A stretch of DNA of 64,000 nucleotides from assembly GCA_963663765.2 (NCBI GenBank), contig CAXXUA010000004.1, positions 1-64,000 on the forward strand. Reading direction: 5' to 3'. This document shows, piece by piece, positions 43,988 through 53,565 of this stretch. The DNA comes from Candidatus Poribacteria bacterium (GTDB lineage: Bacteria; Poribacteria; WGA-4E; WGA-3G). A program made the translations under genes and the position numbers. Each line of letters opens with the position of its first letter. The stretch's first letter is position 1. The notes beneath the pieces are model-generated. The model did no database searches. It was not told where the DNA came from and saw nothing but the letters and a program-made list of their open reading frames with translations.

Positions 43988-45346
43988 CTGACATTTATCA
44001 CAAGGTTGTTTATACTGCTAACAATCAATGTATAGAAGGGATAGTGTTATGAAAATGCGATTTGATTTTATAGATTTTTCTTGACTTTTAGCACATGAGA
44101 TATCATCCTAATTTAAAAAACTTATGACATATTCATAAAATAGGAGGCTATCTCATGCAAAATCATATTATCACTTCTGTAAAGTTTTTTCAAACACTTC
44201 TCTACTCTAATTTTCGAAAAATGACATCGGAACTTGAAGAAACCTTGCTTTTACTTTCAACCGGTCATCTATTTGGACTTTACAATTTGAATCAAATAGC
44301 AGACGCATTGTCTGAACCGAAAGTGAAACTCTATCGGTGTCTAAAAAGTTTCAGCCTTTATCAGTGGCGGTGTTTATTAGTGCGTATCGGGTGTTCCATT
44401 GCAATCCAAGAGATACGTGATACCGAATCTAAAAGTGCTTCTACACAATCCCGTCGTCGCATTACAATCAGTGTAGATGATACAAATGAGCAGAGATATG
44501 GCAAACTGTTGTCATACTGCTTCAGTTGGTGGTCAAAAAAAGATAATAGAGCGGTGCGATGCCGAAATATATTAGGGATCACCATCAAGATTGGAGATAT
44601 GATCATACCGCTCAACCTTCGTATTGTCAGCAAACAAGGGCGTGGCAACACAGATAAACCGAGCCTTTTTGTGGCTATGCTCAAAGAAGTTCTAAGTTTC
44701 TTTGATGCTGAAGGTATTGATCTGAGAAAATATCCTATCACTTTTGATTCGTGGTATGGCAGTAAAAAACTTACCGACATTCTGTCTGAAATGGGATTTG
44801 ATAGCATACTCATTCACGGGAAAAACAACTATGTGATGGACATTGATAACAAGTCCAAAAAACTTTCGGAACACAAAAAGGAAGTAGAACTGAACACAGA
44901 AAAATGGGGGTGTGACAAACCTCACTATCGCACCCAAGCGATAAGCCGAACATTCGGTCCTCTTGTGATACTCTTTTTTTCAGATATGGGCAAAATCCGA
45001 ACAATGCTGGTATTCGGTAAATCCTTACGATCTTGTGAGATACTCAGGAATTGGTCACAACACCACGGTATAGAACAATTTTGGCGATGCCTAAAATCAG
45101 ATTTGAAACTTTCAAAAATGAGTTTACGGAAACAGCAAGGAGCGTATGCTACTTTAGGTATAAAAGTGATGAGTTATCTCCTATTACAAGATTTGAGCCG
45201 TTTGCAACACAAAACATTTCATCAAATACAACTTGAACTTACAGGATAAAGAAAGATACTGCTAAAACTAAAAAAGCATTTTCATGAATGAATACCAACT
45301 AAACACTGATAAACATTGAAATCTCAAGAACTTTGAGAAATATCAG
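43988..45346 (+). mobile_element. insertion sequence, DDE type (IS4/IS701-like)
   Basis: Imperfect TIRs CTGACATTTATCA.../...TGAGAAATATCAG; 6-bp TSD TGAAAA (43982-43987 and 45347-45352); single transposase ORF. Confidence 0.88.
44155..45249 (+). CDS. DDE transposase
   Basis: ISVDDT, ITFDSWY, HHGIEQFWRCLK; RBS AGGAGG. Confidence 0.88.
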   Translation: MQNHIITSVKFFQTLLYSNFRKMTSELEETLLLLSTGHLFGLYNLNQIADALSEPKVKLYRCLKSFSLYQWRCLLVRIGCSIAIQEIRDTESKSASTQSRRRITISVDDTNEQRYGKLLSYCFSWWSKKDNRAVRCRNILGITIKIGDMIIPLNLRIVSKQGRGNTDKPSLFVAMLKEVLSFFDAEGIDLRKYPITFDSWYGSKKLTDILSEMGFDSILIHGKNNYVMDIDNKSKKLSEHKKEVELNTEKWGCDKPHYRTQAISRTFGPLVILFFSDMGKIRTMLVFGKSLRSCEILRNWSQHHGIEQFWRCLKSDLKLSKMSLRKQQGAYATLGIKVMSYLLLQDLSRLQHKTFHQIQLELTG

Positions 45347-45376
45347 TGAAAATATATTGCAGATTAAAGGAGATAC

Positions 45377-46291
45377 ATGGCAAATACATTGACTTTTAGA
45401 CATTGGCAACCCGGAGATGATGATGCTATTTTAGAACTGTTGGTCCCCGCAGAACAAGTCTACGAAGACTCTTATCAAACGAAGTTTGAGGATTGGCATG
45501 TTGAAATTGAGGCAGAAGCAATTCGTTTAGCACTTGTTAACAAAAGGGTTGTAGGGCACGTTCTCGGTGAACCTATTCTTTTGCACATTGAGGATAAAAT
45601 TCAGAAATTCGGATGGGTATCACATGTCTTTGTTGATCCAGACATGCGTCGGCAAGGTATCGCAACCCGCTTGATGAGTGAATTGCATTCCTACTTTCAG
45701 CGAAATGGATATCGTGGTAGTATTCTTGATACGGATGAAGAAGCAGCCATACGATTGTATCAGAAGATTGGATATAAGATGTTTACAAGAGAATTAGTAA
45801 CACAACTTTCCCCAAACCGAAATTCAACACGGCTCAAATGGACTAAAGTTAATTTAAATGACTTAAGTACCTTACCTCAATTGGATGAAAGATGGGCAAA
45901 ACAGAATTTTCCAGTTGAGTGTGTTCGGCAAGATATTGTCAAAAAACGTAGATTCATAAAAGTGCTTGAGTACAACATGAGCGGTTACCGAATTTTACGT
46001 CATGGTCAAAATATTGTCGGTTATTCGAGATGGGATGAACCCTCAGAACATCACCCACACGGATTAATTCGTGACCCTATCGTGCCGGATGAAGATTCGA
46101 TGGATGTTATTGCATCAGTCCAGGCAAGGATACTGGCACCTCGCGCTTGGCAAACAGCAGAGGGTGGAAAGTATGAAGAAACTCTTGTTTCATGCGGTTG
46201 TGTATTTAAACCCACAACATGGATTATAATGCATTTATCCTTTGGCGAAGAATTTGATTTGACAGGATACTACAAGACAGCTTGGTTGTAA
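45377..46291 (+). CDS. GNAT acetyltransferase (Eis-like N-terminus), paralog 1
   Basis: VFVDPDMRRQGIATRLM, AIRLYQKIGY. Confidence 0.85.
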   Translation: MANTLTFRHWQPGDDDAILELLVPAEQVYEDSYQTKFEDWHVEIEAEAIRLALVNKRVVGHVLGEPILLHIEDKIQKFGWVSHVFVDPDMRRQGIATRLMSELHSYFQRNGYRGSILDTDEEAAIRLYQKIGYKMFTRELVTQLSPNRNSTRLKWTKVNLNDLSTLPQLDERWAKQNFPVECVRQDIVKKRRFIKVLEYNMSGYRILRHGQNIVGYSRWDEPSEHHPHGLIRDPIVPDEDSMDVIASVQARILAPRAWQTAEGGKYEETLVSCGCVFKPTTWIIMHLSFGEEFDLTGYYKTAWL

Positions 46292-46414
46292 ATTGCTATT
46301 TGCCTATGGATATAAAGCGTTATGTATTATTCATAGAAATTTGATTCCTTTTTTCATAAGGTGCATCCGTAATGGTGTTAATAGTGAAAATGCTTTGCAG
46401 ATAAAAGGAGATAC

Positions 46415-47299
46415 ATGGCAAACACATTGACTTTCAGACATTGGCAGCCTGGTGATGACGACGCAATTCTGAAATTGTTAGTTCCTGCTGAACAATGCAA
46501 TGAGTACCACTATAGAAGAAAGTTTAACAGGCCCAACCTTGAACCTGAAGATATTCGTATAGCATTAGACGGTGAGAGAGTTGTGGGACATGTTTTTGGT
46601 ACTCAAGCAACCTTATTCATTGAAGGTAAGGTACAAGATTTTGGTATTGTGTCGCTTGTATATGTTGCTACAGATATGCGGCGTCAAGGAATTGCAACCA
46701 GATTAATGGAAGACTTAAATGCTCACTTTCTTAGGAAAGGGTATAGAGGCAGTATTCTTTATGTAGAGACAACAGAAGCATTTCAACTATATCGTAAAGT
46801 AGGATATCAAGAACTCACCAAGGAATTAAGAACTATACTAAAACCGTGTACAATTACATCACCACTCAAATGGTCTGATGTAAAACCTGATGATTATGAT
46901 GACTTGAAACAGGTTAAGGAAAGATGGACAAAGATGAATTTCCCAGTTTTTTGGAGTCCGAATACATTGGAGATTCATCAACGTAATATGAATCAGTATC
47001 GCGCATTACGTCGGGGGACAAATATCATCGGTTATGCGAAATGGGATGAGCCTTCAGAACACCGACCAAATGGTTTAATATGTGACCCAGTAGTCCCAGA
47101 TGAAGACCCAATTGAAATAATTACATCAGTACAGTCTGTGGTTCCAACACAGCGCGAATGGAAAACTGTTGAAGTGAGTCTATACGAAGATACACTCATT
47201 TCCATAGGCTGCAAATTGCAGAAGGAAAAGAATATTGATATGTTGTTATCTTATGGTCAGGAAATAGATTTGACAGGTATTCATCGAACTTGGTGGTGA
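46415..47299 (+). CDS. GNAT acetyltransferase, paralog 2
   Basis: VYVATDMRRQGIATRLM, LYRKVGY; first 19 residues MANTLTFRHWQPGDDDAIL identical to paralog 1. Confidence 0.85.
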   Translation: MANTLTFRHWQPGDDDAILKLLVPAEQCNEYHYRRKFNRPNLEPEDIRIALDGERVVGHVFGTQATLFIEGKVQDFGIVSLVYVATDMRRQGIATRLMEDLNAHFLRKGYRGSILYVETTEAFQLYRKVGYQELTKELRTILKPCTITSPLKWSDVKPDDYDDLKQVKERWTKMNFPVFWSPNTLEIHQRNMNQYRALRRGTNIIGYAKWDEPSEHRPNGLICDPVVPDEDPIEIITSVQSVVPTQREWKTVEVSLYEDTLISIGCKLQKEKNIDMLLSYGQEIDLTGIHRTWW

Positions 47300-47342
47300 A
47301 ACTATCAAACATAGAACAGAAAGCAACTCATCAAGCGATCTG

Positions 47343-48113
47343 CTAATCTTCATTGAAATAGTTCAAGACTTTGGAGTGCAAAACACCATTTGTTGCGATC
47401 AGCGAATCAGTATCTTTCGTGATAGATTGTCCTTGTATATCTGTCACCGTTCCGCTTGCTTCTCGGACAATAACTGTAATTGCAGCGATGTCCCAAATGC
47501 TTATTGCTGCTTCAACCACTGCGTCCACTCTACCATTAGCTAGTAGATGATACATATAGAAATCACCAAAACCCCTGGAACGTGCTGCGTCGTTGATAAG
47601 ATAGTAAATCCCGGGGAATGTATCATTTTCTACAAACCATTTTAACCCACCGTGACAGATCATGGTGTCTGAAACTTGTGAGACATCGGATACCTGAATT
47701 GGTTCTCTGTTTAGGAATGCGCCATTGCCTTGTTCTGCATAGAGAAGTTCATTTAACAACGGTGCGTTTGATACACCAAGGATAAGTTCGTCATCTTTCA
47801 TCAAGGCAATCTGCGTGCCAAAAAATGGAATTTTGCGTATGTAATTTTTCGTTGCATCGATGGGATCAATAATCCAAGTATAGGGTGATGTTCCTTCCTG
47901 CATGCCGAATTCTTCTCCCATGAATCCGTGCTCTGGAAATACTTGTTTAATAGTTTCTCGTATTGCTTTTTCTGCATCGGTATCCGCGCGAGTGACTGGG
48001 GTTTCATCATCTTTTAGTTCAACTGTGATAGTATCAGTTGTATAGTATGAAGTAATAATATCTTCTGCATTTTTCGCTGCATCTAACGCGACGTTCAAGA
48101 AATCACTGGGCAT
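47343..48113 (-). CDS. inositol monophosphatase family protein (histidinol-phosphatase HisN-like)
   Basis: TPVTRAD, GEE, WIIDPIDATKNY, RSRGFGDF, WDIAA. Confidence 0.88.
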   Translation of the reverse strand: MPSDFLNVALDAAKNAEDIITSYYTTDTITVELKDDETPVTRADTDAEKAIRETIKQVFPEHGFMGEEFGMQEGTSPYTWIIDPIDATKNYIRKIPFFGTQIALMKDDELILGVSNAPLLNELLYAEQGNGAFLNREPIQVSDVSQVSDTMICHGGLKWFVENDTFPGIYYLINDAARSRGFGDFYMYHLLANGRVDAVVEAAISIWDIAAITVIVREASGTVTDIQGQSITKDTDSLIATNGVLHSKVLNYFNED

Positions 48114-48172
48114 AAATTCACCTCACAAAATAGATGGCCTGGATTTTTGTTCATATTTTAGCCTAAATACAT

Positions 48173-48532
48173 TCAACGTAACCAGCGAGTCACAGTTGTA
48201 AAGAATGATCTATGTTTAGCAACAAAACGGTAGATAAATTCAGACAACGGAGCATATCCAGGAAAGTTGTAGTAACACCATAGTACCAACCGATTATTCA
48301 GGACATAAAAAACAGCCTCTGCTCCAGACAGGACTTTCCCGTTTACTAAAACTAACTTCACTGAATTTTGGAACTCTGAGATTGATATATCTGGAAAATT
48401 AGACGCTACCTCTTGATATGGGGCATAGTCAACTCGATCTGCAGTCAAATGTTGCATTCGATTAACCCAATATCTACAAAATTCACAGTCTGAATCGTAG
48501 ACAAGAAGAGGTTTATTTAGTTGTGATTGCAT
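48173..48532 (-). CDS. DCC1-like thiol-disulfide oxidoreductase (DUF393)
   Basis: LVYDSDCEFC, YRFVAKHR. Confidence 0.85.
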   Translation of the reverse strand: MQSQLNKPLLVYDSDCEFCRYWVNRMQHLTADRVDYAPYQEVASNFPDISISEFQNSVKLVLVNGKVLSGAEAVFYVLNNRLVLWCYYNFPGYAPLSEFIYRFVAKHRSFFTTVTRWLR

Positions 48533-48638
48533 CAGTTCTATCTTCTGAATTTGCTTGATTCCCTTATAATTCCAATTTAAATAAATCTTGTCTCATTAAG
48601 GAATTCTACTGTTTACTGGCAGGGGTTTACTCTCTTCG

Positions 48639-48774
48639 GTAGGAGCGACCTCCTGGTCGCGACAGTTTTGATACATGGTCTCTATACGGTCGCGACCAGG
48701 AGGTCGCTCCTACCAACGCATAGAGAGGTCGCTCCTACCAACGCATAGAGAGGTCGCTCCTACCAACGCATAGA
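48639..48774. repeat. REP doublet followed by a 3 x 25-bp tandem amplification of the REP 3' half
   Basis: GTAGGAGCGACCTCCTGGTCGCGAC...GTCGCGACCAGGAGGTCGCTCCTAC; unit GAGGTCGCTCCTACCAACGCATAGA at 48700, 48725 and 48750. Confidence 0.88.
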
Positions 48775-48831
48775 GGTGTCACTCCAAACAGTCCAAGTGT
48801 GTAATTAATTCCATAGTTTACCATAGTATAA

Positions 48832-48919
48832 TACCAAATTAACGTAATTTATCTTTTTTCAACGGTAGGTGCGGTTTCCTAACCGCACACTTAGCAAGAC
48901 GACTCACGTTAATTGGGTA
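48832..48919. mobile_element. MITE family C (TACC...GGTA, TAA TSD) carrying one REP
   Basis: TACCAAATTAACGT/ACGTTAATTGGGTA; TAA at 48829-48831 and 48920-48922; REP GTAGGTGCGGTTTCCTAACCGCAC at 48865. Confidence 0.8.
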
Positions 48920-48926
48920 TAACAGA

Positions 48927-50156
48927 TTATTTCCATGCACACTTTATTTTAGCAATTGCTTCAACGACTTGGTCCATATCAGATTGAGTGCCAAGAAGTA
49001 GATTTTGGAATAACCAAACACTTTCCTTACAAACTAATTCTACATTTGGACATGGTAATGTACGAATAAGGTGTGGGTATTTTTCTGCGACATGTGCCAT
49101 TCCAGGTTCTTGCGATAGTGGAGAACGATAGCCGATTGAACAAGGTATACCTTCCGCAGACAATGCTTTAACAAAATCGTCTCGCGATTTACCACTGAAG
49201 CCATCTGAATTATACTTCATGCAGTAGAGGTGGTAGCCATGTTTTGTAACCCATGATGCTTGAATAGGTGGTGTTATCCCCGATATGTCGGTTAACGCAT
49301 TTGAGAGATATTTTGCATTTTGGTTTCGTTGGTCTGTTTGTGTCTCAAGGAGTTCTAACCGAACTGACAGCAGTGCTGCGAGGTATTCAGATGGTCGGTA
49401 GTTCCATCCTAAACGAGGATATTCCCACCTTGCACCGCCAGGTGCGCGTCCAACATTCATAAAAGCACAAACGCGATCATGTATGTCTTTATCATCTGTA
49501 GTAACCATTCCGCCTTCACCCGAAGTTAGATTCTTGGAGGATTGAAAACTGAAAGCACCGACATCTCCAAGTCCACCTACCTTTTTAGTATGATATTCTG
49601 CTCCATGTGCCTGTGCGCAATCTTCAACAATCTTGAGTTGATGTCGTTGTGCAATATCTTGTAATGCGCCCATTTCTGCTGGATGACCTCCAAGATGAAC
49701 AGGTAAAATTGCACGTGTTTCTGGTCGAATTGCTGCCTCAACTGCTTTGGGATCAATCGTGGATGTATCAGGACAAATATCAACAAATGCTACAGTGCAT
49801 CGTCGTTCTAAAACAGCACTTGCAGTCGCAACAAATGTATAATTTGGGACGATAACTTCCCCACCATGACTGAATCCATCAAGGTCGAGTGCACTTGCTA
49901 ATGCAGCACTAATTGCATCAGTTCCGTGTGGCATGAATAACGCGTAATTAGTTCTAGTGTATTTGGCATACTTTTCACAAAAATGCGGTATCATCTGTCC
50001 ACTGCTACCTTCGTTGCCACTCATATAGACATCGCGAAGAAGGGGTTCAATTATTGTATTCCATTCTTCAGATGAACGTAACGGCCAAGATAGCCACGGA
50101 TGGGTTTTTGTGTCCCGTACGGGTGTGCCACCCATTATTGCCAATTCGTTTGACAT
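48927..50156 (-). CDS. DegT/DnrJ/EryC1/StrS family PLP aminotransferase
   Basis: EVIVPNYTFVATA, ILPVHLGG, VEDCAQAHGA, FSFQSSKNLTSGEGG. Confidence 0.93.
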   Translation of the reverse strand: MSNELAIMGGTPVRDTKTHPWLSWPLRSSEEWNTIIEPLLRDVYMSGNEGSSGQMIPHFCEKYAKYTRTNYALFMPHGTDAISAALASALDLDGFSHGGEVIVPNYTFVATASAVLERRCTVAFVDICPDTSTIDPKAVEAAIRPETRAILPVHLGGHPAEMGALQDIAQRHQLKIVEDCAQAHGAEYHTKKVGGLGDVGAFSFQSSKNLTSGEGGMVTTDDKDIHDRVCAFMNVGRAPGGARWEYPRLGWNYRPSEYLAALLSVRLELLETQTDQRNQNAKYLSNALTDISGITPPIQASWVTKHGYHLYCMKYNSDGFSGKSRDDFVKALSAEGIPCSIGYRSPLSQEPGMAHVAEKYPHLIRTLPCPNVELVCKESVWLFQNLLLGTQSDMDQVVEAIAKIKCAWK

Positions 50157-50453
50157 ACAAAACTCCGAATATAAGATTAAATTCTTACCTTATACCTACC
50201 TTATACAAAATATAGCGTATCCTAATAGATGAATATTTGCAAGAATAAAAATAATTTTGATATATGTGAAAATTGATACTATAATTAAGAGATTGTAGAA
50301 CAAGCAGAATAGAGGCATTGATTTTAAAAATCATGTTTGTAGAAATTTCTACAATTGAATGTCTCTATAATCACTCAAGATATTTTTGGTATATTTGTCC
50401 AGACTTGAGTACCACTAATATGATACAGCGAAAATAATAATAGGAGATGAATT

Positions 50454-50981
50454 TTGAAAAAAACTTTTTTGATGCTGCTATTGATAGGATGTGCAGTAAT
50501 CCATTTTACAAGTTGTGAGAAGTCAGTGAGAGATTCTATGAATGATATTGTTGATTCATCAGAAACACCGACAAAGGACGACCCTGAAGCGTATACTGTA
50601 GCACTTGTGCAGTCTGCGATTGATCTTTTCAAAACGGAAGGTCGCGAAGTCGTTATAGCTTACCACAATGATCCAACCAATATTGATGGACAATGGTATG
50701 TGTTTATTACTGATGAAAACGATATTTTTCTTGCACATGCGCAGAATCTACAATTAGTCGGTACGGATCTTAAGGATGTCATTGGACTTGATGGATCCGC
50801 CCTTGGCGTAGAAATTGCGATGGCAACTGATGAAGGAAAGTGGATTGAGTATTTGTGGCCTAACCCAGAGAGCGGAAATGATGAAATGAAACGGACCTGG
50901 GCAATTAGGTATGATGGTTATTTATTCGGTTCGGGATATTACTCTCCAGTAAGTGATGATTCCGAATCTAAAGATAATTAG
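50454..50981 (+). CDS. stand-alone Cache-domain lipoprotein
   Basis: Lipobox FTSC; WYVFITD...LAH...LVG, GKWIEYLWPNP, YLFGSGYY. Confidence 0.75.
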   Translation: MKKTFLMLLLIGCAVIHFTSCEKSVRDSMNDIVDSSETPTKDDPEAYTVALVQSAIDLFKTEGREVVIAYHNDPTNIDGQWYVFITDENDIFLAHAQNLQLVGTDLKDVIGLDGSALGVEIAMATDEGKWIEYLWPNPESGNDEMKRTWAIRYDGYLFGSGYYSPVSDDSESKDN

Positions 50982-51003
50982 TTAGAAAAGTCATTTATAC
51001 ACA

Positions 51004-51049
51004 GATAGGAACAATAGCAAGGTACAAGTACCTTGCTATTGTTCCTATC
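51004..51049. terminator. perfect long palindrome between convergent genes
   Basis: GATAGGAACAATAGCAAGGTAC-AA-GTACCTTGCTATTGTTCCTATC (22-bp arms). Confidence 0.65.
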
Positions 51050-51080
51050 GTGATTTCACCTTCAAGAATTATTCAGAAGG

Positions 51081-52193
51081 TTATTTACTAAGTTTTTCAA
51101 TTAGAGCATCAATTTTCTTCTCTAATTTTTCAACTTTTTTCGTCAGTTTATCAATTGCATCAGAGGCATTAGACTTATTTGAAGACACGATCGAACCTCT
51201 TTTCAAGACCTTTATGTCTGCTTTATCCCCTAAATCTATAATAGGAATCAACGCAGAAGGATTTTCCTTGACAATTTCTTTTATCTTCTCAGCCAATTGA
51301 TCTACGTCGAGGTCTTCATCCTTGGCAAGTTCTGCAATATCCTTCGCGAATTCTGTAAGTCCTTTGGTTTTCTTGACATCACTTGCGACAATCACTGTAA
51401 CATTGTCGTCGTCAGAAACGATGACGTTTTCTAATTTACTATCTTTCAACAACTTCTTCAATTTCTCAGTTAACTGATCTTCAACAAGGTTTTCCTCCTT
51501 AGTGAGTTCAGTAATTTTCTTCATTAACCCCGTTAGATCTTTCTCATTTTTGATGACTTTGGTGACAACGATTGGTTCAGATGTAATGACTTTTACATTA
51601 TCATTGTCAATATCAAAGATTGAATGTAAATCAAGATTCTTCACCAATTCCTTTATCTTTTTTTCCAAAGATGCATCATCAAGACTTTCATCCTTGATGA
51701 GATCCTTGATTTTTTCCACGAATTCCTGCAATTTCTCTGGATTTGTAAGAACTTTAGATACATCAGTTGAAGTTTTTACTTCAACTTTTACATCTTCAAT
51801 GTTCTCTAAGTTCTTTAACATCTTAGAAAGTTTTTCTTTAAGCTTTTTTTCGTCAAGTAACTCATCTTCTGAAAGCTCTTTAAGTCCTTCCATAGACTCT
51901 GTTAACTTGTCCAAGACTTTTTGAACATTTTTATCAACCTCTTTCTTTTCTTCATCAGTAAGGTCTTCATAGGATTTAGTTTCTTTCTTTTCTGGAGTGG
52001 TTTTAGTATCAGCATTTGCTTCAGTGTCAGCATTTGCTTCAGTGTCAGCATTTGCTTCAGTGTCAGCATTTGCTTCAGTGTCAGCATTTGCTTCAGTGTC
52101 AGCATTTGCTTCAGTGTCAGCATTTACTACTAACAAAGCCATTCCAAACGATAAGAAAAATGTGAGAATAAAAACTAAGCATTTAACATTCAT
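51081..52193 (-). CDS. secreted Lys/Glu/Asp-rich repeat protein
   Basis: Signal peptide, ADTEAN repeats, about four helical repeats of the L.KDE.L....L.EKIK type, C-terminal coiled coil; RBS AGGAG. Confidence 0.7.
   Translation of the reverse strand: MNVKCLVFILTFFLSFGMALLVVNADTEANADTEANADTEANADTEANADTEANADTEANADTKTTPEKKETKSYEDLTDEEKKEVDKNVQKVLDKLTESMEGLKELSEDELLDEKKLKEKLSKMLKNLENIEDVKVEVKTSTDVSKVLTNPEKLQEFVEKIKDLIKDESLDDASLEKKIKELVKNLDLHSIFDIDNDNVKVITSEPIVVTKVIKNEKDLTGLMKKITELTKEENLVEDQLTEKLKKLLKDSKLENVIVSDDDNVTVIVASDVKKTKGLTEFAKDIAELAKDEDLDVDQLAEKIKEIVKENPSALIPIIDLGDKADIKVLKRGSIVSSNKSNASDAIDKLTKKVEKLEKKIDALIEKLSK
52009..52125. repeat. in-frame 18-bp VNTR (6.5 copies, ADTEAN)
   Basis: TCAGCATTTGCTTCAGTG x6 plus a half copy, all identical. 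Confidence 0.97.
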
Positions 52194-52348
52194 TTTAATC
52201 TCCTAATCTATTACATGAAAAATATATTTAATACATAACTTTCCAATAGTTGGTCCGATTAAGAACATTTTATAAGAAAATTATTCTAATGAATATCTAT
52301 ATCTTGTTTTATACACCAAATAGTGTAAAAAGTTCCATTAATTAATTA

Positions 52349-53428
52349 TTATTTAAATTTGTTGTCAAAAACTAATTCTTGAATCTTATCTACAGCTTTT
52401 TCTGTATCTTGAAGTTGGTTATTCGGCGTTTTGCAGTTTAGTTCTTTGATTATTCGTTTTTCTAATTCCATAAGTTTGCACTGGTTTACAATTGAATGAT
52501 TTTCCATATATTCATAGATGCTATACCTTTTTGGTAGTTTCTTTCTTTTTTGAGTAAGCGATAGAACGATCACTTTCCTGCCACTACTTGCTGCTTCACA
52601 TACCATAGAAAAACTATCCGCACTGACAATCAGTAGTTCACTCATAGCAAGTATTGCTTGATATGGATCGTCAAGTTCAGAAGGTGTGTCAGGTTCAACA
52701 AAGAGCGGACACCACTCAGCATCTTCTAATTTTGACTTCAAGTAAGAATTTACTACTAAAGGAGTTCTGCGGGAGGTGGTCATCAAAAAATGAATTTGCA
52801 TTTTTTCAGCAACCGTTTTGCAAATATTCCACAGTGGTTCCGCATCTTCAATTGTAATAGTTTCGTGTTTGTCAGTTCCCCCAATTAATACACCTATACA
52901 TTTGTCCTTATGCAGATTCAAAGTTTGTAGAAGATCGTCTTTTACAGTATCAAGTGCATCCGGTGAAATTGGGTTTGGAACACCAATTGTTTGAATAATA
53001 TTTTCTCGTGTATATGCTTTATCGGAATAGAGTTTTGGTATGATAGCAAGGTCAAAATGTCGTATACCGATTGGTGATGGTCTTAGACAGGTGACCGATT
53101 TGGCATTAAGGGTTTTGCACAGAAGTAAGTTAATTGCTCCTAATGATGATCCTGTTGATAGAATTATGTCGATCCCTTTGACTTTTAATAATGTGTTGTA
53201 TGAATGGGGAGTCAGGCACCACTTAAACAATTTGTGGATAAAGCCGGAAGAAAATGATATTCCTTGAAAAACAGACATGAATAATCGTAATAAATTATCG
53301 CGCCATTTTGCTCGAAATTCAATATCAACCCATTCCACACTACAATCAGGTATTTTTTGTAGTATACCTAACGATTGTTTATAATGACCAGGTTTTTTGT
53401 CACTTAAGACAAGTATTGTGATACTCAC
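52349..53428 (-). CDS. ELM1/GtrOC1-family putative nucleoside-diphosphate-sugar protein, 5' end interrupted by an IS605 element
   Basis: ILVLSDKKPGHYKQS, FDLAIIP, GVLIGG, TTSRRTP, VSADSFSMVCEAASSG; native ATG appears to lie at 55193-55195. Confidence 0.8.
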   Translation of the reverse strand: MSITILVLSDKKPGHYKQSLGILQKIPDCSVEWVDIEFRAKWRDNLLRLFMSVFQGISFSSGFIHKLFKWCLTPHSYNTLLKVKGIDIILSTGSSLGAINLLLCKTLNAKSVTCLRPSPIGIRHFDLAIIPKLYSDKAYTRENIIQTIGVPNPISPDALDTVKDDLLQTLNLHKDKCIGVLIGGTDKHETITIEDAEPLWNICKTVAEKMQIHFLMTTSRRTPLVVNSYLKSKLEDAEWCPLFVEPDTPSELDDPYQAILAMSELLIVSADSFSMVCEAASSGRKVIVLSLTQKRKKLPKRYSIYEYMENHSIVNQCKLMELEKRIIKELNCKTPNNQLQDTEKAVDKIQELVFDNKFK

Positions 53429-53565
53429 GACGACTAAAGTTATGTGCTTCTTTGAAACTCATAACTCTCCTCTGTGTGATTCCTGCTTCCGTCTCTCGTG
53501 CCTCTATCCTGAACTGCGTGAGGTCTTATTCGGACTCCACAAGCGTTTATGCTCTCTGTCTATCC
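53418..53565 (-). ncRNA. TnpB omegaRNA scaffold, copy 2
   Basis: Runs from the tnpB stop to the right end; near-identical to 19950-20102. Confidence 0.7.

Noticed and set aside
52009-52125. CRISPR or non-coding repeat
   Set aside because: Spacer-less 18-bp tandem repeat in frame within a coding gene
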